From assembly GCA_963793865.1 (NCBI GenBank), contig CAWCBP010000008.1:640001-704000 (forward strand): DNA of 64,000 bases, read 5' to 3'. The DNA is from an uncultured delta proteobacterium (GTDB taxonomy: Bacteria; Desulfobacterota; WTBG01). The position numbers and the translations under genes are program-made. The notes beneath the pieces were generated by a model that worked only from the letters and a program-made list of their open reading frames with translations, did no database searches and had not been told where the DNA came from. This document shows, piece after piece, positions 29,030 to 38,172 of this stretch (the first letter of the stretch is position 1; each line of letters opens with the position of its first letter).

Positions 29030-30238
29030 CTACCTGCTGTCATGCTCGACCGCAGTAACCAGACGGTTAAAAAAATCCGGAATGGCCGAGGTTACCCGTG
29101 ACCAGTTGGGTATCTGAGGCGCTCCAAGAGGATCCTGCTCAAATGCTTCACATGCAGTTTCTATTCCCTTAACAAAGGTTTCCACCGACACTGCCTCCTG
29201 GTGCCGGTCGAATTGCAGCCCGTCGATCTCGCTGTCATGGCTGTATTTGGCAATAAAATCCTGGGCGGTCCTCAGATACGTTGCCTTCAATGTTTTGATC
29301 CAGCCCGAGTGAAAATAAATGCCCATGCTGGCCATGGTTCTGAAAATGGTTTTGCCGATATCAATGGACATTTTGTTGAGCCCGGTGGTTTGGTCATTCT
29401 CTGAAAGAGGCTGGTGCTTGTGCTCGTAAAAGTCGGTAATCTCCACCTGGCAGATCCTTCGCAAGGAACAGTTCCGGTACACCTCGGCAAGCACCCCCAC
29501 TTCCAAACCCCAGTCTCCGGGGATCCGGTTTATCCGGGCAAGGTCGGCACGCATGGAGAACTCCCCCGCCAGGATGTAGCGGAAGGAGTCGAGGTATTCC
29601 AGAAAATTATGAAAGCCGAACATCTTTTTCAGGGCGCGGATCAGGGGGGTTACAAAGAGGCGGGTCACCCTGCCATGAAGCCGGTCAGTCACCCGGGCGT
29701 AGTAGCCCTTGCAGAACTCATAATCAAGATTGGGGTTGGCCACCGGATAGCACAGGCGCGCCAGTAACTCCCGGTCATAGTTGACAATGTCGCAATCGTG
29801 AAGGGCAATCACATCGCTTTGACCCCCCGCTAATATATATCCGTATGCCATCCAGGCCGATCGACCTTTACCGTCTCCTCCGGCTGATACCCCCTGTTGA
29901 TCCAGGCAATGGTAGAGCTCCTGCATGTTGTCACCGTCATTCCAGATTATGGAAACCGGCATGGGAAGAGAGGAGAACATCTCTTTGGCTTCGGCCAAAC
30001 CTTTTTTATCGGCCCGCGCCAGCGTCAGGACAACCTCGTTTAAATATTTTACCTGGGAGATGTTTGCCAGGATGTTCCTGATGGGTGCTGCCTTTAAATC
30101 CTGGTAGAGGGCCGGAAGCACCAGGGCGATGGGGCGGCTTTTTGCAAACCCCTCCAGTTCTTTCTCCAGCCGTTCTGCATTCCCGGGCTTCAGCCGGTGA
30201 AGATTGGTTATTTCCCCGTTCTGAAAAAAATCCGCCAT
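29030..30238 (-). CDS. gpgS: Glucosyl-3-phosphoglycerate synthase-like glycosyltransferase
   Basis: MADFFQNG.I..LH, GKGR..W, LHDCDI, KGYYAR, GRVTRL, YEHKHQ; phosphatase nearby. Confidence 0.8.
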   Translation of the reverse strand: MADFFQNGEITNLHRLKPGNAERLEKELEGFAKSRPIALVLPALYQDLKAAPIRNILANISQVKYLNEVVLTLARADKKGLAEAKEMFSSLPMPVSIIWNDGDNMQELYHCLDQQGVSAGGDGKGRSAWMAYGYILAGGQSDVIALHDCDIVNYDRELLARLCYPVANPNLDYEFCKGYYARVTDRLHGRVTRLFVTPLIRALKKMFGFHNFLEYLDSFRYILAGEFSMRADLARINRIPGDWGLEVGVLAEVYRNCSLRRICQVEITDFYEHKHQPLSENDQTTGLNKMSIDIGKTIFRTMASMGIYFHSGWIKTLKATYLRTAQDFIAKYSHDSEIDGLQFDRHQEAVSVETFVKGIETACEAFEQDPLGAPQIPNWSRVTSAIPDFFNRLVTAVEHDSR

Positions 30239-30269
30239 GCCGCACCTCCTTCCGGTATCTTCATACTAA

Positions 30270-30358
30270 CAGGCTGTTGAAAAAGTAATATCCTCAGGCT
30301 GTTGAAAAGCCCCTCCCCCTTTGAGCCACGAAGCAGATGGGCGTTTTTCAACAGCCTG
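30270..30358. repeat. Miniature inverted-repeat element (CAGGCTGTTGAAAA ends)
   Basis: caggctgttgaaaa at 30270 and 30295; inverted ttttcaacagcctg at 30345-30358. Confidence 0.7.
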
Positions 30359-30367
30359 ATAAATAAT

Positions 30368-31648
30368 TCAGGCCTGCTGCGTGTGGCCGGTGAATGCACT
30401 GTTTTCGTTTTTCTTCCTGTCCCAGATGCTGACCAGGTAGTCCTTGTTCTCTTCAAATTCAATTGCCTGTTCCTCCACCAGTTTTTCAGCTTCGAAGGAG
30501 GACATGTCCCTGGTTTGTTTGATAAAGGAAGCGATACGGCCATAATAAAGAGGGGTGATAATTTCCACCAGCTTCTGCCGGTTGTGGGGCCAGGAGTGAT
30601 AGGTAGCCGCCATTTCATACAGCAGGCAGACCCAGACGTACATGGAGAGGGAAAATTTCCTGTCGGAAAGCTTCCGGACTGATTCCAGCTCCCTGGCACA
30701 ATCTTCCGAGAGGACCTCGCGGTACAGGGGTCCGAACTGCTTTATACCCAAGCGGCATCTCTCAATCAACCCCTCCACATTCACCTTTATCGGCTCGGGT
30801 TCAATCAGCATTTCGGGTCCGAAGGTGTCTACCACCGAACTTCCCTTCACCTTTTTCCAGTAGGTTTCATTTTGTTCCATGAGCACAAACAGGGTGCCGA
30901 GCACCTGGCGAAACATCGGTCCCAGGCTTTCCGAGGGGTCCTTGGCGTCGTGGACTTTGACCCCCAGCCTGGCCTGGCAGAGCTTGCAGCCTTTGGTGAT
31001 CGCCAGGGTGGTCATCCAGATGTCGATGCCGAAACGGGCGACATCAGTCTGCCAGACATCCTGATCGATGTACGCTTCAGCCATGTCCCGGGAAAAGGCA
31101 AAGTCGCCGCCGATGGGCTGCCGGATTCTTTTCCCGTACAGGGCCCGGGTGAGGCTGTACACAATATTATTGGTAATGGTCCCGTCATATTTATAGCGGG
31201 TGTACACCGGCGCCACAAACTCGTATCCCCCTTCAAAGACCGGGTCGATGAGATACTTTATCCAGTCGGAGGTAATGCTTCGCAAGTCCGAGTCAATTAC
31301 CGCGCAGGCCCTCACCTGGAGTCTTTTGGCGGCCTCAAAAATGGAGCGCAGGGCCGAGCCTTTTCCCGCCGGCCCCCGGTAGATGGAGACAATCTTTTCC
31401 TGCCAGGGCTTGATCTCGAATTCTCTTGCCGCCTCGCGGGTGTCATCGGTTGATCCCCCGTCCGCGATGAGGATCACGCATTTCCGGTCGCGGAAATGAT
31501 GATGGAGACCATGGCTTACCATTTGAATTACGTGGGTTATGGTTTTCTCATTGTTGTAGCAGGGAATGCCCACCAGGATGTCGGCCCTCTCGAGTTCCTC
31601 AATCCGCTTGCTGGTATATGGCCGTAAGGCGGTAAAATAATCCATCAT
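30368..31648 (-). CDS. GT2 glycosyltransferase, single-step glucosylglycerate synthase (Ggs/Mgs-like)
   Basis: GIPCYNNE.TI, DGGSTD.T, GKGSA, DSDLRSI, RYKYDGTITN, RQPIGGDF, FGIDIWMT. Confidence 0.75.
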   Translation of the reverse strand: MMDYFTALRPYTSKRIEELERADILVGIPCYNNEKTITHVIQMVSHGLHHHFRDRKCVILIADGGSTDDTREAAREFEIKPWQEKIVSIYRGPAGKGSALRSIFEAAKRLQVRACAVIDSDLRSITSDWIKYLIDPVFEGGYEFVAPVYTRYKYDGTITNNIVYSLTRALYGKRIRQPIGGDFAFSRDMAEAYIDQDVWQTDVARFGIDIWMTTLAITKGCKLCQARLGVKVHDAKDPSESLGPMFRQVLGTLFVLMEQNETYWKKVKGSSVVDTFGPEMLIEPEPIKVNVEGLIERCRLGIKQFGPLYREVLSEDCARELESVRKLSDRKFSLSMYVWVCLLYEMAATYHSWPHNRQKLVEIITPLYYGRIASFIKQTRDMSSFEAEKLVEEQAIEFEENKDYLVSIWDRKKNENSAFTGHTQQA

Positions 31649-31765
31649 CGATCTCCTGATCCGCGCTTAATTATGAAAAAGTCGCGGACTGATGCGTCTC
31701 GCCATTGACTTCAGGGTGTCTGTATACTATATTGCTTTTCGCTTTCATGCAACCCCCTCCGCCGG

Positions 31766-33097
31766 ATGATGCATACCGCCATGCAATCTCATGCTCAGCA
31801 GGAAACGGCTGAACGCATATTCAAGGCCGCACTGGCGTCGGCGGATCCCCGCCATGCGGTGCAGCGGCACCACCATAAAATTTCAGATGTCCTGCAAGAG
31901 GGACGGTACCGCTCATTGCTCGTCGCCGGGTTCGGCAAGGCCGCCTGTGCCATGGCTGCTGCCATGGAAGAGCAATTCGGGGACAGCATCGACCGGGGCG
32001 TTATCATCACCCCCTACGGGCACTGTCCGGAGAAACATGCATTTCAAAAAATACGCCTGTATGAAGGAGGTCATCCGATACCGGATGAACATGGCCAAGC
32101 GGGGACTGCTGAAATTATCCGATTACTCAAAGGCAGTGACGAACACAGCTGTATCGTCTGTCTTATCTCCGGCGGGGGGTCAGCGCTGCTTGTCTCCCCG
32201 TGTGAAGGCATATCACTGCCTGAGAAAAAGCAAGTTACCACGCTGCTGCTGCGTGCCGGCGCCGCTATAAATGAGCTTAACACAGTACGAAAACATCTTT
32301 CAAGCGTTAAAGGCGGGAGGCTGGCGGAAATTGCCCATCCCGCGCGTGTGGTTTCGCTCATCCTCTCTGACGTGGCAGGCGACAAGCTCGATGTTATTGC
32401 CTCCGGTCCCATGGCGCCTGATGATTCCACCTTCGGGGATGCGATGCGCGTGATCGAAAAGTACAAGCTTTCTGCGGCGATGCCGGCAGCGGTCATGGAG
32501 TTTCTCACCAAAGGTTCAAAGGGCCTTGTCCCCGAAACACCGAAGAAAGGTGATGCGGTTTTTGAGCGGGTGGATAATATCATTGTAGCCGGCAACGGGA
32601 TTGCCCTTGCAGCTGCCCGCTCAGCAGCGGAGAGTCTCGGGTATCCGGCTGAAATACTCACCTCCGGGCTGACCGGTGAAGCGCGTGAGGCAGGAAGATG
32701 GCTTGCGCGCCGGGCGATGAGCATGAAGGGGCCGGCCTGTTTGATAAGCGGGGGGGAAACAACCGTCACGGTTACCGGCACGGGGACAGGGGGAAGAAAC
32801 CTGGAGCTGGCGCTTGCGTTCGCGATGGAGATACAAGGCGTGCCGGGCATTACCCTCCTTTCCGCGGGGACTGACGGTAAGGACGGGTCTGCCGACGCGG
32901 CAGGGGCGGTTGTGGATGGAGGGACCGTTGCACGGGCACGGGCTGAAGGGCTTGACCCGGAGGCGCACCTGGCCAATAATGACTCATATGCTTTTTTCAG
33001 GCAGGCCGGCGGACTGGTGATCACCGGCCCGACCGGAACCAATGTAATGGATATCCAGGTAATCATAGTGGACCGCGGACAGGAAGCAGACGCGTGA
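31766..33097 (+). CDS. Glycerate 2-kinase (MOFRL/TtuD family)
   Basis: GFGKAA..M, HPIPD, ISGGGSAL, KGGRLA, GGETTV, GTDGKDG, TGTNVMD. Confidence 0.93.
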   Translation: MMHTAMQSHAQQETAERIFKAALASADPRHAVQRHHHKISDVLQEGRYRSLLVAGFGKAACAMAAAMEEQFGDSIDRGVIITPYGHCPEKHAFQKIRLYEGGHPIPDEHGQAGTAEIIRLLKGSDEHSCIVCLISGGGSALLVSPCEGISLPEKKQVTTLLLRAGAAINELNTVRKHLSSVKGGRLAEIAHPARVVSLILSDVAGDKLDVIASGPMAPDDSTFGDAMRVIEKYKLSAAMPAAVMEFLTKGSKGLVPETPKKGDAVFERVDNIIVAGNGIALAAARSAAESLGYPAEILTSGLTGEAREAGRWLARRAMSMKGPACLISGGETTVTVTGTGTGGRNLELALAFAMEIQGVPGITLLSAGTDGKDGSADAAGAVVDGGTVARARAEGLDPEAHLANNDSYAFFRQAGGLVITGPTGTNVMDIQVIIVDRGQEADA

Positions 33098-33924
33098 AGA
33101 AGCTCGTTATTTTTACCGATCTTGACGGCACCCTGCTTGACTTGCACACCTATTCCTTTGAAAAGGCTTTGCCGGGACTGGAGCTGTTGCGGCAAAAAGG
33201 TATTCCGCTTGTATTTTGCTCGAGCAAAACCAGGAAGGAAATAGAGTGGTACCGGCACAAGCTGGACAATCGGCACCCCTTTATTTCCGAAACCGGCGGG
33301 GGGATTTATATCCCCGGGGAATATTTTTCCTGTGCCGTCGAATTCCCGGGACTCACCGTTGAAACTGCGCGGGATTATCTCCTCATCAGGCTCGGAGCCA
33401 GGTATGCGGTCCTGAGAAGCGCTTTGAAAGAGCTTCAGCGCCAGGGATTCAAGGTCAGGGGATTCGGGGACATGACGGTTGAAGAGGTGATGAATATCAC
33501 CGGTCTCAGCCGGGAGGAAGCCGTGATGTCACAGGCGCGGGATTTTGATGAGCCTTTTATCTTTGAGGGAAGTGACGAAGACCGCCGCAGACTTTTTGCT
33601 GCTGTATTAGCAAAGGGCTTGCGCTATACGGAGGGAAGGTTTTTCCATATTACAGGAGACAGTGATAAGGGAAGGGCGGTGGCGCTGTTGATACAATGTT
33701 ACCGCACGCAGTTCGGTGAAATAGTGACCGCTGCCGTCGGGGACAGACGTAACGACCTCCCCATGCTTGAGCAGGTTGATTATCCTTTCCTGGTTCAAAA
33801 ACCTGACGGAAGCTATGAGCCGGGGATTGACATTGCAAATCTCATCAAGGCCGGGGACATCGGACCGGCAGGGTGGACAAAGGCCATCGGCAGGGCGCTT
33901 ACAATGAGCGAGGGAAGAGGGTAG
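33094..33924 (+). CDS. Mannosyl/glucosyl-3-phosphoglycerate phosphatase (HAD-IIB)
   Basis: FTDLDGTLLD, SSKTRKE, RDFDEPF, GRFFH, DKGRAV, GDRRNDLPML. Confidence 0.9.
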   Translation: MKKLVIFTDLDGTLLDLHTYSFEKALPGLELLRQKGIPLVFCSSKTRKEIEWYRHKLDNRHPFISETGGGIYIPGEYFSCAVEFPGLTVETARDYLLIRLGARYAVLRSALKELQRQGFKVRGFGDMTVEEVMNITGLSREEAVMSQARDFDEPFIFEGSDEDRRRLFAAVLAKGLRYTEGRFFHITGDSDKGRAVALLIQCYRTQFGEIVTAAVGDRRNDLPMLEQVDYPFLVQKPDGSYEPGIDIANLIKAGDIGPAGWTKAIGRALTMSEGRG

Positions 33925-34173
33925 AGGCTGGAGGCAGGATACAGAGACGAGTGGAAATGTCAACATCCGAAATCCCGGACGGGCAGAACAAGGGGTTAGG
34001 GTGCAGCCTGAACCGGGCAGGCGCAACCGAATACCAAATTCATAATCCAATGTTAGGATTCCCAACGTGTCGTCAGAGAAGTTTTGGCTTATAGCATCAC
34101 GATGGAGGGACGCGCTCCGTCGCGTCCGAATTGTCATCGGTGGCCGCGACAGGAGTATGAATCCATCACCTGT

Positions 34174-36438
34174 CTAAGGTGCCGCGACGATGAAGCCTTC
34201 CCAGATCACTTCACCGGTGCGGTTTTTTGCATCAGTCACTGTGCAGCGAATTGCATAAGCACCCTCATCCCCGCTTGAACTTTTCCAGGTCCAGGTCTCC
34301 CCGGACTCTCCCGCCTCAGACCAGGAGTCATCCCCCGCCTTCCTGAGAGACCACTGGTAGCCGTAGTCCGGCTTTCCGCTGACCACATGCGCCTGGAAGG
34401 TGACACTCTCACCCGCCCGGATGCTTTTCCGCTCCCCGTTACTGAGAGACACCAGAGGGTTAAGTGCGGCATTCAGCACGTGCCTGGCCAGCAGTTCTCC
34501 CACCCGCGCATCGGCATTAGGCGGCCGGTACATTTCCCAGGTGCCGGTGTATTGGTCCTGCACCGGCATGTCCGGATCAGGATCGCCCATGGCCGGGTCA
34601 TATCCCGCGTGTCCATACTCGCTCATATCAAAGCAAAGGTGTGGATCAAGATCACTCATTTTCGCATTGATGGGCGTTTGCCGGGGCGGCGGGTAGGGCC
34701 TCAAGGGATCACTGCATCCCTCCATCTGAAAACAGCACTCAGGCTTTGAAGTCATGATGGCTGATCCCATCGCCGAAGCACTGCCCTCCCTGTTGTCTGT
34801 CAGCAGCTCACCATCCTCAAAGGTACCCGAGACATCTTTCAAGGTGAGGGTGCCGGAGCTGACAGTCCCGCTCAACCACTTAATGACCGCTGTCGCGCCG
34901 GATGTCTGCCCGGTGAGCGTTATGCCGGGCGTGAATGATGCGATACCATTTCCATAGCCGAGCTCCCATTCTCCGCAATCGGTATCCACCCAGTTTCCCC
35001 AGTAATCCGCGAACGGATGTCCCACACCCGGATAGGTATGGTAATCAAAGATTCCCCATTTGATCCAGTTCTTGTAGCCGAGTTCTCTGCCGCCCACCTG
35101 GTTAAAGACCTCAATCAGGTTGAGGGCCGTATCGGTAGTTACCTGGGGAAAGCCGATGGCAATGTGTTTTACCCCCCGGTTTTTCAGATATTCAAGGGCA
35201 TCCCAGTATCGGTATCCCCACTCCTCACCGGGCAGTATTTTGTCACTCTCATAAAGCCAGGCATGCCCGTATGACTCGCCACGCATGTCCCGGTTCCGTT
35301 CCTCGAGGCCGTTTTCGGGATTGATCTCCTGGATGCCTCCGTAGGCCCCGATTATGTTTTCTGCATCCATGGAAGGATGACGCTCCAGCAAAAGCTTCTT
35401 GATGGATTTATTGATAATGAGGGTGTCGTCAACCTTGGGATCAAAGACCTCGTTGTGATCGTGAAGGGCATGGTTGAAGATTACAACCCCCGTATCCGCG
35501 TCAGGTGCGTTTTCGGAGAAGGCTGCCTCGATTGCTTCGGTGTTGAGTATGGCAACCACAGGATCGGAAGCGACAGGGTTGGGGCTTCCATTCAGCAGTG
35601 CGGAGGTGTCAACCGCCGGCCGGCCCAGTGTGCGTGTCCAGCCGGCAGGTTCTGCCGGGTAGGACCGCTCCATCAGGTTGCTGTAGTCATTGACCCAGAG
35701 AAGAGGAACATCCGTGCCGTGTGCTTCATTCCATGCGTCAAGGGCGCGCCTGGTCATTTCGACCACATCGTAGGATTTTGAAAACCGGGGTCCACCCACC
35801 GTCCAGTCAATCATGATGATGCGTGTAGCGCCCTTCTTAAGAAGCCGCTCCACCGGTCCGTCTACGTTATATCGTTCGGGGTCGCAATCAGGCCAGGGGC
35901 CATCCGGCTCCCCCTCGCCGCAGTACGTGCAGTTTTCACCCGCGTCAGGCCCGTCAGGGCCATGGTAAATGAAGCGCGGATAGGCATAGTGGTCTATTCT
36001 GTCCGCTGCCATGTATCCCGCCCAGTCCACCTCGAAGGTGAGCCCGTACTGCCTGCCCTGCTCATCCAGCACCGCCTTCATGTCCGCGAGCTGCTGATCT
36101 GATATGGCCTGGTAGGGATCGGTGCCGCCGATCCGCTCATACTCAAATTCGTACATCCTCAGAAACCTGACCGCGAAGTCAGTGGTGGTGGTATCCAGCA
36201 CCATCGGCCAGTTCGCGGGATTCCAGATGACCAGCTTGTACACCGAGTGATTGGGATCATAGGAAAATTGGTGAACGGAAGCATCCCACAAATGAAGAGG
36301 CTTGTTGACAGACATGCCTCCGTGGATGACGTAAACCACCCCGATGGTTTCGCCGGCGGGACGGCATGCATGCAGTATGAGAAGGAATGATGCGACCACA
36401 AGCGCTGCTCTGCAATAACATTTTCTCACCCCGGTCAT
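34174..36438 (-). CDS. Lipoprotein with a ferrochelatase-like core and C-terminal Ig/PKD-like domain
   Basis: Lipobox LHA-C; IGVVYVIHGG, YERIGGTDP, GVVIFNH, DALEYLKNRGVKHIAIGFPQ..D; C-terminal VTF....YQWS..G.Y.IRCTVTD. The ORF is secure; the function is tentative. Confidence 0.55.
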   Translation of the reverse strand: MTGVRKCYCRAALVVASFLLILHACRPAGETIGVVYVIHGGMSVNKPLHLWDASVHQFSYDPNHSVYKLVIWNPANWPMVLDTTTTDFAVRFLRMYEFEYERIGGTDPYQAISDQQLADMKAVLDEQGRQYGLTFEVDWAGYMAADRIDHYAYPRFIYHGPDGPDAGENCTYCGEGEPDGPWPDCDPERYNVDGPVERLLKKGATRIIMIDWTVGGPRFSKSYDVVEMTRRALDAWNEAHGTDVPLLWVNDYSNLMERSYPAEPAGWTRTLGRPAVDTSALLNGSPNPVASDPVVAILNTEAIEAAFSENAPDADTGVVIFNHALHDHNEVFDPKVDDTLIINKSIKKLLLERHPSMDAENIIGAYGGIQEINPENGLEERNRDMRGESYGHAWLYESDKILPGEEWGYRYWDALEYLKNRGVKHIAIGFPQVTTDTALNLIEVFNQVGGRELGYKNWIKWGIFDYHTYPGVGHPFADYWGNWVDTDCGEWELGYGNGIASFTPGITLTGQTSGATAVIKWLSGTVSSGTLTLKDVSGTFEDGELLTDNREGSASAMGSAIMTSKPECCFQMEGCSDPLRPYPPPRQTPINAKMSDLDPHLCFDMSEYGHAGYDPAMGDPDPDMPVQDQYTGTWEMYRPPNADARVGELLARHVLNAALNPLVSLSNGERKSIRAGESVTFQAHVVSGKPDYGYQWSLRKAGDDSWSEAGESGETWTWKSSSGDEGAYAIRCTVTDAKNRTGEVIWEGFIVAAP

Positions 36439-36660
36439 AATCGTCTCCTGTGCATGGCATTTTTTTATGTTCTGGTTACACTATAACAGGATTTTGTAAG
36501 AATGCCAGTCATACCTGCATACAATGAATATAGATGCGTTGGAAAAAATATCGGGGCATGCGTTGCTTCGGGGGAATTAGTCCTTTGCACACTGTGTATT
36601 CCATGATATGTTTTCTCAGATACGGAAGAACGTTTCACATATTATCCAGGAGGTGTCGAA

Positions 36661-37203
36661 ATGGCAGTGCGTGAAATTACCTATGAGGAACGGGATGCGA
36701 TGTATGACAAGGCGCTGGAAACGATGGGCATCGAGCGGAGGCGTCCCTCCCGGGAGGAACTGGAAAAAGAGATAATCGACTATCTGGGCAAGAAGCAGCC
36801 CTGCACCCTTGCGACCTGCGGCAGCGACGGATGGCCGCGCGTGTCAGTGGTCGATTATGTTAATGACGGCCTTGCCATTTATATCTTCAGCGAGGGCGGC
36901 GACAAGTTTAAAAACTTAAGAGAGAACAACCGGGTCGGCATCGGCATCGGTACCGGTTCAAAGGCCATGAAAACGCGGGGCATTAACATCTGGGGCATCG
37001 CGGAGGTGTTTGATGACGAATCCCCCGAATTTGCCGGCGGCCTTGAGATCATCAGACCCATTATCGCGGACATTGAGAAGGCGACCGGCAGATCTTTTGT
37101 TTTTCCGAAAGGCATTCTCCGGCTTATCCGCATCAGGCCGGTGAGAATGGTCTACCACCATACCGTCAAAGGCATCAAGCATGCGGTGTGGGAGGCAGAA
37201 TAG
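36661..37203 (+). CDS. Pyridoxamine 5'-phosphate oxidase-like FMN-binding protein
   Basis: TLATC..DGWP, KFKNLRENNRV. Confidence 0.8.
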   Translation: MAVREITYEERDAMYDKALETMGIERRRPSREELEKEIIDYLGKKQPCTLATCGSDGWPRVSVVDYVNDGLAIYIFSEGGDKFKNLRENNRVGIGIGTGSKAMKTRGINIWGIAEVFDDESPEFAGGLEIIRPIIADIEKATGRSFVFPKGILRLIRIRPVRMVYHHTVKGIKHAVWEAE

Positions 37204-37254
37204 CAAGTTGCGGTGAGGGGCAATAATCATACAATCCTGGTTAGAGGGTGCTAC

Positions 37255-38073
37255 ATGACGTTTGAAGAAAAGGTGGTGAAGGTAGACGGTATCGCGGTGG
37301 AGGTGTTCACTCCGGAACGGGAACAGCATCCCGTTCCCATCCTTTTTGTCCATGGCTCGAGCTGCGGAAGCTGGCTGTGGCGGAACTTCATGAATTACTT
37401 TTCCTCCCGGGGCTGGACCTGCTACGCGCTTAATCTCCGCGGCCATTACTTGAGTGACCCGGTTGAAGATTGGGGTGCGGTTGGTGTCGAGGCCTATCTT
37501 GAAGATGTCGATAAAGTTATCGGGTGGATCGGCAGGGACCTCATGCTCATCGGCCATAGCATGGGCGGTGTGCTTGCGCAGAAACAGGCTGAGAGGAAGA
37601 ATCCCCGCGCGCTCGTGCTCCTTCACACCGGGGCTCCCGCATCGGCTCTGCAGGAGATCGATTTTAATGCCTTCCTGAAGCGGGGAAAAGAGCAGGGGCG
37701 GGTCACAAAGAACAAGGTGGTTGAGTCGGACAGTGACCCGCAGAAACTCATCGGCTACATGTTTGACCCCGGGAACGTTGAGCAGGAGGTTCTGCTGGCG
37801 TGTCACCGGAGCATGGGAAAGGAATCCGCGCGGGCGCTTAAGGAAATGCAGGCGGTTGAAGTGGACGCAGGGAAGATAAACTGTCCGGTATATGTGCTCG
37901 GCTTTGATCTGAAAAAGATCGGGCTTCACTATCCGGTCGATCTGAACCAGATCCTTGCCCGGTATTACAATGCGAGGGATTTACAGATTATTGAGCCCGG
38001 CGGCCACCTGTTCATGATTGAAAAAAACTGGGAGGTGTTTGCCCGGCTGGTAGAGGGATGGCTCAGCGACTGA
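37255..38073 (+). CDS. Alpha/beta hydrolase
   Basis: LFVHG, NLRGH, nucleophile elbow GHSMGG, C-terminal GH. Confidence 0.88.
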   Translation: MTFEEKVVKVDGIAVEVFTPEREQHPVPILFVHGSSCGSWLWRNFMNYFSSRGWTCYALNLRGHYLSDPVEDWGAVGVEAYLEDVDKVIGWIGRDLMLIGHSMGGVLAQKQAERKNPRALVLLHTGAPASALQEIDFNAFLKRGKEQGRVTKNKVVESDSDPQKLIGYMFDPGNVEQEVLLACHRSMGKESARALKEMQAVEVDAGKINCPVYVLGFDLKKIGLHYPVDLNQILARYYNARDLQIIEPGGHLFMIEKNWEVFARLVEGWLSD

Positions 38074-38172
38074 CCCTTGCTGCTTACCGCGTATACATCC
38101 GGGTGCCTGAAAGTGCGTTTATGATCCCCGGCAGAGCCTCGGCGTGTTCTGGTACCTGTTTATAGAAAAAAC

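Noticed and set aside
32071..33276. Long antisense ORFs (also 15312-16205, 22095-23003, 25283-26143, 36958-37929, 39455-40471, 43831-44964, 62348-63415)
   Set aside because: They are shadows of well-supported genes on the opposite strand in GC-rich DNA and carry no recognisable motifs.
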